A stretch of 64,000 bases of DNA. Origin: Eledone cirrhosa (taxonomy: Eukaryota). The DNA is taken from NCBI GenBank assembly GCA_964016885.1, contig OZ024740.1, positions 254,014,001-254,078,000 on the forward strand, in the 5' to 3' direction. Below the pieces are notes generated by a model. It searched no databases. It worked only from the letters and a program-made list of their open reading frames with translations, and was not told where the DNA came from. How positions within the stretch are numbered: position 1 is the first letter of the stretch; each line of letters begins with the position of its first letter. Below are positions 57,450 to 64,000 of the stretch, piece by piece. A program made the translations under genes and the position numbers.

Positions 57450-58839
57450 TTAATTAGGTTTTTAACTAGGAGGAGAACATCGTGGTATTACGTGGGATCA
57501 ACGGCAACATCGTTCAAATCTCGATTATATAGGCATTCTTACTCAATAAAACACCAGAGCCAAAGAAATGTAACAACTTTAACAGAAAAAGCTTGGACGC
57601 TCAGGGATAGCGATCAAAAGTTTACTCTAAAATGGGAGAAATTAGCTAAAACCCAAAGCTTTTCCAGGAGCCAAAATTTCTGCAAATTGTGTAATCTTGA
57701 GATTTATTACATAATCACACACAAGAAGAAATTGCTGAATAACAGAATTGAACGAACATTATTCTGCCGTCACAGAACTAAAACCCTTTTTTCCCCACTA
57801 CAAGCCGAATATTACATAAAAGAGGGACATCCCCCCAACTATATAAACCTCATTCTAGTTAGAAAAATATAAAAACAATCTCTTCTCAACATATATTAAT
57901 AACCTTAAATTACCACACTAATAATGGAAAGATATGCTGATGAAAATAGGTGCAAATATGCGATAATGAATGTGTCTAAAAACGTCCATAAGTATGTATA
58001 TATATGTGAAAATGTATATAAATAAGTAAATATATATATATGTATAGATGTGTATGTATATGTATATGTGTACACATAGACTAGAGTATGTATGTATATA
58101 TGTGTGTGTCTTTACGTGTGTATATAAAGATAAGTTGAGTATGAAAATGTATACACATGAACGCGTATGTATGTACATGAATACATGTGTGTATATATAT
58201 ATGTATGTAAGTATGAATATGTGAATGTGAGTATATGTATTTTGTAGAGGTGTGCAAATATATTTGTGTGTGAATGCGTGGGTGAAAGGATACGTACACT
58301 TGAAAGAAAAATTTAAGTCTGAATGTTAATTAAGTGCAAACACAAAACCAACCACGCATATCTTTACTATCTCTAATCATTCTATAAATTTAGAAAAATA
58401 ACCAATAATATATTCTATAAAAATGTCAAAACAACAGATGGGAATCTAATTACTCACTGCCACCAAAAATTCTCACTGCTATCAACAAACCACTCCCTCA
58501 ACTATTCTTCTAACAACTTCAGCCCTCCCTCCTAATATTCTCTATAAAAACCAAATAAGTCCTCAGTAATATTATTCTGATGAAATGACAGTAAATAATA
58601 ACATTGAAATATTGAATGTCTGCATAACTAAAACTTTGTAGATAGCAGCTGTTTTCAGGTTATGTAACTGTTATAGAAACACGTGTCAATAAATTCCTTT
58701 CAACTAAACTGTATCCATTCAAATCTTTCTATTTTTCTCCGGATTACTTTTGGAACTACAACTGGAACCGTCGAGCAAACTCTACGTGAGCTCTCAATCT
58801 ACTGTGTGTAATATTTATATTACAATACAACGGAAAATA

Positions 58840-58842
<3 letters not shown>
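57450..58842 (+). mobile_element. PLE 3' fragment: GIY-YIG C-terminus plus 3' UTR with HHR
   Basis: [33 protein letters not shown]; HHR at 58572. Confidence 0.88.
58572..58692 (+). ncRNA. Type I hammerhead ribozyme with extended stem II
   Basis: uuauu CUGAUGA a-augacagu...acuguuau-a GAAA cacgug UC aauaa. Confidence 0.85.
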
Positions 58843-58932
<90 letters not shown>

Positions 58933-58934
58933 CC

Positions 58935-60777
58935 TGTAAAGGGTCATATTGTTGTAATAATATTGCCAGAATTAATAACAGAACATACTCACTGTTTGGT
59001 TGGTTTTCGCTTTTGTATCTTTTATATCAGTTAATTTATTCGGTCCTCAATGTTTACCATTGACTGACCAACGGTCAAAAATACACATATAATATAGACA
59101 CAAAAACATATATATATAGTCTAACAAAGTTCTTTCGTTGCACATCTGCAAACATCAGGTATTTGGAGGCCATGGACTTAGCGTAGTGTGAGTGGAGAAT
59201 TTGGAATATAGTGTTAATCCAGAGTTCCATGTCTAATACATTTAGTCTATTGTGTTTGGAAGGGTAGTCGATAGTTGCAGTTATACTCTGGTGTATGGAA
59301 TTAACTATCTGCTGGATGCTTTCCATTGTGCTACATTCTAAATCACACTCCGCTAAACCCATGACCTCCAAATACCTGATACTCAAAAACTCAGCAATGT
59401 CCAGTAGTGTTAAGTTTAATATTCTGATCGCAGACTTGGTACGAGTGATGAAGAACGTGTCCCGCATGTGCGACCTAACAGAAATGGAAAGACACATCCA
59501 ACACTTCATCAACTGCATGCAGTTCTCTGACTAGAACAAAAGAGACAGAATCAGAGTATACGAAGAGCCACGGAGAAGTATAAGACCCTCATAGAACTGG
59601 ACATGAAAGGAATTTGCCCATTATACAGGAGCAAATCATGGAATAGCTTAGATAGGACTAAACATAAGATAACGAAAGCTACCTCATGGTACGATAACCA
59701 GAAATACCAGAGTGTCATGCTCGTGGACGCTACCCTTGGAGGGAAATTAGCTAACCAGTGTAGAAAGGCCCTGAGAAAGACCCACTTAAAGATTAAGGTG
59801 GTAGAAAAGCCAGGAACCACCATAAAATCCCCGATCGGCAAAACATACCCTTTTAAGAAAACCCACTGTACTAATAGGAAATGTATTATATGTAGAGTAA
59901 ACCACCGGATAAACTGTAAAACTAGAAACGTAGTCTATAGCATAAGATGTACAGAGGGTACTTGCAGAAACATGACAACAACATACATAGGCGAGACAGC
60001 TCGTAGCATAGGTGAAAGGATAGACCAACACTGGGGGGAACTAAAAGGACGAAAAAACGGTTCAGTACTATACGAACATGCCAGACAACAACACGACGGT
60101 AACATAGACAACATAGAAATTAAAATAATATCTAAACATAGAAATAACCCAGCAGATAGGCAAATCAGAGAGGCAAGTGAAATAGAACTTAGAAGGCCAA
60201 AGCTAAACAGAAAAAATGAATGGAATAACAACACAACCCAAACAAACAATACTGACCTAAGAGAAATATAAATAAATAAATAAATACATACACAAACACA
60301 ATAACAACAAATACATATAAGCACACACTAGTAAACTAAGATAGAATACAATAACCAAAACACAGTCACCCAAACACGAACACACATCAAACACTATACA
60401 CACACGCAAACGCATGCGCAGAGAAGACAAAAATAAATAAATAAAAAGATTAAATAAAGATGGCGTAGACATACAATACAATAGGAGGAAACATAATAGC
60501 ACCACTGACGATGTTGCAGATGTGCAATGAAAGAACTTTGTTAGACTATATATATGTGTTTGTGTCTATATTATATCAGTATTTTTGACCGTTGGTCAGT
60601 CAATTGAGGACCGAATAAATTAACTGATATAAAAGATACAAACCAACCAAACAGTGAGTGTGTTATGTTATTAATTCTGGCAATATTATTACAACGATAT
60701 GACCCTCCCCAAGTATAACAATATTTGTTTCGACACACGATTTCATATCAAAAACCTCGCAAAACTATATATATATA
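58935..60777 (+). mobile_element. Neptune/Nematis-like PLE: inverted pLTR and inverted RT piece, then RT C-terminus, Cys-rich linker, GIY-YIG and pLTR
   Basis: ORF 59603..60271 CTNRKCIIC..NC..VVY..YIGETARS..R..H..RQIREA..LNRKNEW; 58935-59158 = rc of ~60505-60705. Confidence 0.88.
60496..60549 (+). ncRNA. Probable, partly decayed type I HHR
   Basis: ca CUGACGA ug-uugca-gaug-ugcaa-u GAAA gaac UU ug; weak stem I. Confidence 0.6.
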
Positions 60778-61075
60778 CAATATATTAATAAATGGAAACT
60801 ATATTTATAAAACCATAATTATTTATTATATATATTTCAAGGGCAACCAAGGCAAATTAAGATGCGCTTTCATCAGATAAAATACAAATTTGTTTTATAA
60901 ATAAATATTGACATACCCGCATATAGGTTCATGCGGGTATGTCAATATTTATTTATAAATCAAATTTGTATTTTATCTGATGAAAGCGCACCATAATTTA
61001 CCTTGGTTGCCCTTGAAATATATATAATAAATAATTATGGTTTTATAAATATAGTTTCCATTTATTAATATATTG
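60778..61075. repeat. ~298-bp imperfect palindrome (8-nt spacer) with an HHR in each arm; probable PLE remnant
   Basis: uauuuuau CUGAUGA aagcgcacc...gguugcccuu GAAA uauaua UA auaaaua at 60969-61033 (+); mirror at 60820-60884 (-). Confidence 0.85.
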
Positions 61076-61173
61076 AATATCTACTCCACTAATCTGATGA
61101 GTAATTTATATCAGTTATAAAATTTTTAAGCTTGTTGAATCCCAACAAATTAAAAATAACCTCTGCATATATG

Positions 61174-61206
<33 letters not shown>

Positions 61207-61235
61207 ATATATTCTATTCTCTCTCTCTCTATATA

Positions 61236-61277
<42 letters not shown>

Positions 61278-61281
<4 letters not shown>

Positions 61282-61952
61282 TCATCATCCTCATGGGTTT
61301 GGATGGGAGTTTTCCCACTTGAGGCAAGAGTTGTTGTCTTGCTCGCATAGGACTGTCTGGCAGGTTTTCTACGGCTGGATGCCCTTCCTAACACCAACCA
61401 CATTTACAGTGTGGAACTGGGAGGTTTTTACCGTGTTACCTACACGGCCACATTACAGCGTGGACTGTGTGTTTTTTTGTCATGACACCTACACGACCTC
61501 ATTTGTTTCGGCCTGGATGTTGTGGTACCAACATAACTTTACATTGAAAGGGGTGATGTGGATGGGATGGGGGTAGTGGGACGGGGGTGTATTTTGTTAG
61601 AGGTGCCTACTGACTGTAGTAGGTTTTACTTTGTATTTAGGTAAAGCGGGTCTTCTCTATTACTGTGTAGCGCCAAAGATCTCGGTTCAATGACATTGTC
61701 TTGGAGAGGTGTAAGTGTGTGAGGTCGGAATTTATCAAGTCGTCCCAGGTTTTTCTGGGTCTGCCTACTCGGTGGCTACCGTCTATTTTTATTGCCCTGC
61801 ACTTTTTTTATACAACTGTCGTCTTTCATGCGCATCACGTGACCATACCAACGTAACCTTCTCTCGAGTAAACAACATCTGATCCCTCTTATTTCTAATT
61901 TTTCCCTTAGTTCGTTTACGCTTTGCCGTTCACATATATTACTATTACACAT
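61278..61952 (-). mobile_element. RTE family A 3' fragment
   Basis: Reverse-complement homologue of 3122-3823 and 8275-8860. Confidence 0.92.
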
Positions 61953-61966
61953 ATATATATATGTGT

Positions 61967-62151
61967 ATCATTTTCATTTTTCATCATTTTACGTCCGCTT
62001 TTCCCTGCTTCCAAGGGTGGGACGGGAACTGATTCTGGCTTGATTTCTACAGCTGGATGCCCTTCCTAACACCAACCTCATTTACAGTGAGTGCTGGGTA
62101 CTTTTGCCGTGACACCTACATGTCCACTTTGCAGTGGAATGATATGGACCC

Positions 62152-62153
<2 letters not shown>
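61967..62153 (-). mobile_element. tRNA-CORE SINE 3' fragment
   Basis: Matches 31770-31947. Confidence 0.88.
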
Positions 62154-62188
<35 letters not shown>

Positions 62189-62439
62189 TAAAGGAGATTA
62201 ATCATTTTAAGTTTGAAGTTCTAGTTAAACTTTAATTAGTTACCTACCTAGCTATGTGTGCTTACATTCTTCTTTACAAATTATTCCCTGTGATTGTTTC
62301 ATATGTTTATTTTATATATATATATGTCAATCTATTTCTAGTTGATATATATATATATATATGTGTCTGATGGTAGCTAAGATGCTTCCATAGGAGGTAT
62401 GCTGGTTGAGCACTCTATGCTCTTACAGAGCAGAGTATG

Positions 62440-62662
62440 ATAGGATAGAAAACGAAAAATCAGTGATGCATCTGAATTCAATTTATTGTGCGTTACAATT
62501 CTGGACCCGCTGGGGTCAGATACACCACTGAGAAAATATGCAGGTCCAGAATCAGACAGATCCACAAAATGATCGTGTCTCGAGCAGTCCGCCGGCAAAA
62601 CAATTGTAACACACAATAAATTGAGTTCAGATGCATCACTGATTTTTCGTTTTCTATCCTAT
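62440..62662. repeat. 61-bp inverted repeats with a 101-bp spacer (MITE-like or PLE fold-back)
   Basis: 62440-62500 = rc of 62602-62662 with about 2 mismatches. Confidence 0.75.
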
Positions 62663-62663
62663 G

Positions 62664-62695
<32 letters not shown>

Positions 62696-62994
62696 TCATT
62701 TTCATTTCATTTTACGTCCGCTTTTTCCCTGCTTCCAAGGGTGGGACGGGAACTGATTCTGGCTTGATTTCTACAGCTGGATGCCCTTCCTAACACCAAC
62801 CTCATTTACAGTGAGTGCTGGGTGCTTTTTTGCCGTGGCACCTCCACGACCACTTTGCAGTGGAATGATAGGGACCCCAGTCCCTATCATCTCATTTCTA
62901 CAGCTGAGTAAACTGGAGCAATGTGAAATAAAGTGTCTTGCTCAAGGAAACAACACATCACCCGGTCTGAGAATTGAACTCACAACCTTTCGAT
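62696..62994 (-). mobile_element. tRNA-CORE SINE, truncated within the tRNA head
   Basis: Matches 31770-32063. Confidence 0.9.
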
Positions 62995-63037
62995 TATATA
63001 TATATATATATATGTGTGTGTGTATGTATGTGTATGT

Positions 63038-63257
63038 ATCATCATCATCGTTTAACGTCTATCTTCCACGCTAGCATGGGTTTAGACAGGAATTGTCCCA
63101 CTTGGGGCAAGATTGGTTGTCTTGCTCGTATAGGACTGTCTGGCAGGTTTTCACGGGTGGATGCCGTTCCTAACACCAACCACGTTTACAGTGTGGACTG
63201 GGAGGTTTTTACCGTGTTATCTACATGGCCACATTATAGCATGGACTGTGTTTTTTT
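63038..63257 (-). mobile_element. Diverged RTE-A-like 3' UTR fragment
   Basis: Homologous to ~18955-19180. Confidence 0.8.
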
Positions 63258-63281
63258 GTATATATATGTATATATATATAT

Positions 63282-63984
63282 ATCATCATCATCATCATTT
63301 TACGTTCGCTTTTCCCTGCTTGCAAGGGTGGGATGGGTCTTATTCAGCACAGCATCTCTCCACTCGTCACGGTCCCTCGTCATCTCCACCGTGAGCTTCA
63401 ATGATCTAAGGTCTGTTCTCACCACCTCCGCCCATGTTTTTCGTGGTCTACCTCTACCACGTCTTCCTTCAACTGGCATTTCCTGGCACTTCTTCACCCA
63501 TCGGTCATCCTCCATGCGCATCACATGTCCATACCACCTCAGTCTCCTCTCCCGTACACTACATTCTATCCCTCTCAGACACAGTTTCTCTCTCAACACA
63601 TTTATGCTGGGTCGTTCACGCACATTTACACTGCACATCCAAAGGAGCATGCTTGCCTCATTTCTCTCCAGCCGTCGCATATCCTCTGCGGTTGCTGCCC
63701 ATGTCTCACTACCATGCAGCATCGCGCTCCTCACACAGGCATCATACAACCGGCCTTTCGTACGCAGGAAGAAACCCTTCGTCAACAGAGGAAGCAGCTC
63801 CCTAAACTTCTTCCAACCCGTCCTTATTCTAGATACTATGGCCTCGGAATACCCTCCTCCCATGCTAATCTGATCTCCTAGGTACCGGAAGCTATCCACC
63901 ACTTCTATAGCGCCCTCTCGCATTTGAAAAATGTGTCTATCAGTGCGACTTCTACTGTCTAATTTCCCTGTACATCTACTGCAT
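63282..63984 (-). mobile_element. RTE family C 3' fragment
   Basis: ORF 63300..63923 [33 protein letters not shown]; (TGA)n tail follows the stop directly. Confidence 0.93.
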
Positions 63985-64000
63985 ATATATATATATATAT

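Noticed and set aside
61090-61130. Second ctgatga motif after the palindrome
   Set aside because: No GAAA or convincing stem I

Overview
AT-rich eukaryotic repeat region with no recognisable host gene. The tRNA-CORE SINEs, RTE tails and very long (TA)n tracts suggest a cephalopod such as Octopus (inference). It is a retroelement-packed (TA)n microsatellite field: RTE LINEs (4-5 families), a full-length intact CR1-group LINE plus fragments, a Tx1/L1 fragment, a CRE-type fragment, tRNA-CORE SINEs and many Penelope-like element (PLE) pieces. Almost all IY-rich ORFs are microsatellite artefacts. Manual reading finds about 20 type I hammerhead ribozymes (HHRs), nearly all with a palindromic stem III. 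The main finding is a non-coding 472-bp tandem array (51.4-53.5 kb) with one intact HHR per monomer, plus two dispersed relatives. These show a G.U/U.G swap in stem I and a conserved octamer, so the family is a candidate retrozyme (circular-RNA-producing, probably PLE-mobilised). Also notable are PLE fold-back junctions that fall in or near the HHR, and a T_TTT_TTA -1 frameshift signal that appears necessary to express CR1 ORF2. All structures were folded by eye and need computational and biochemical confirmation.
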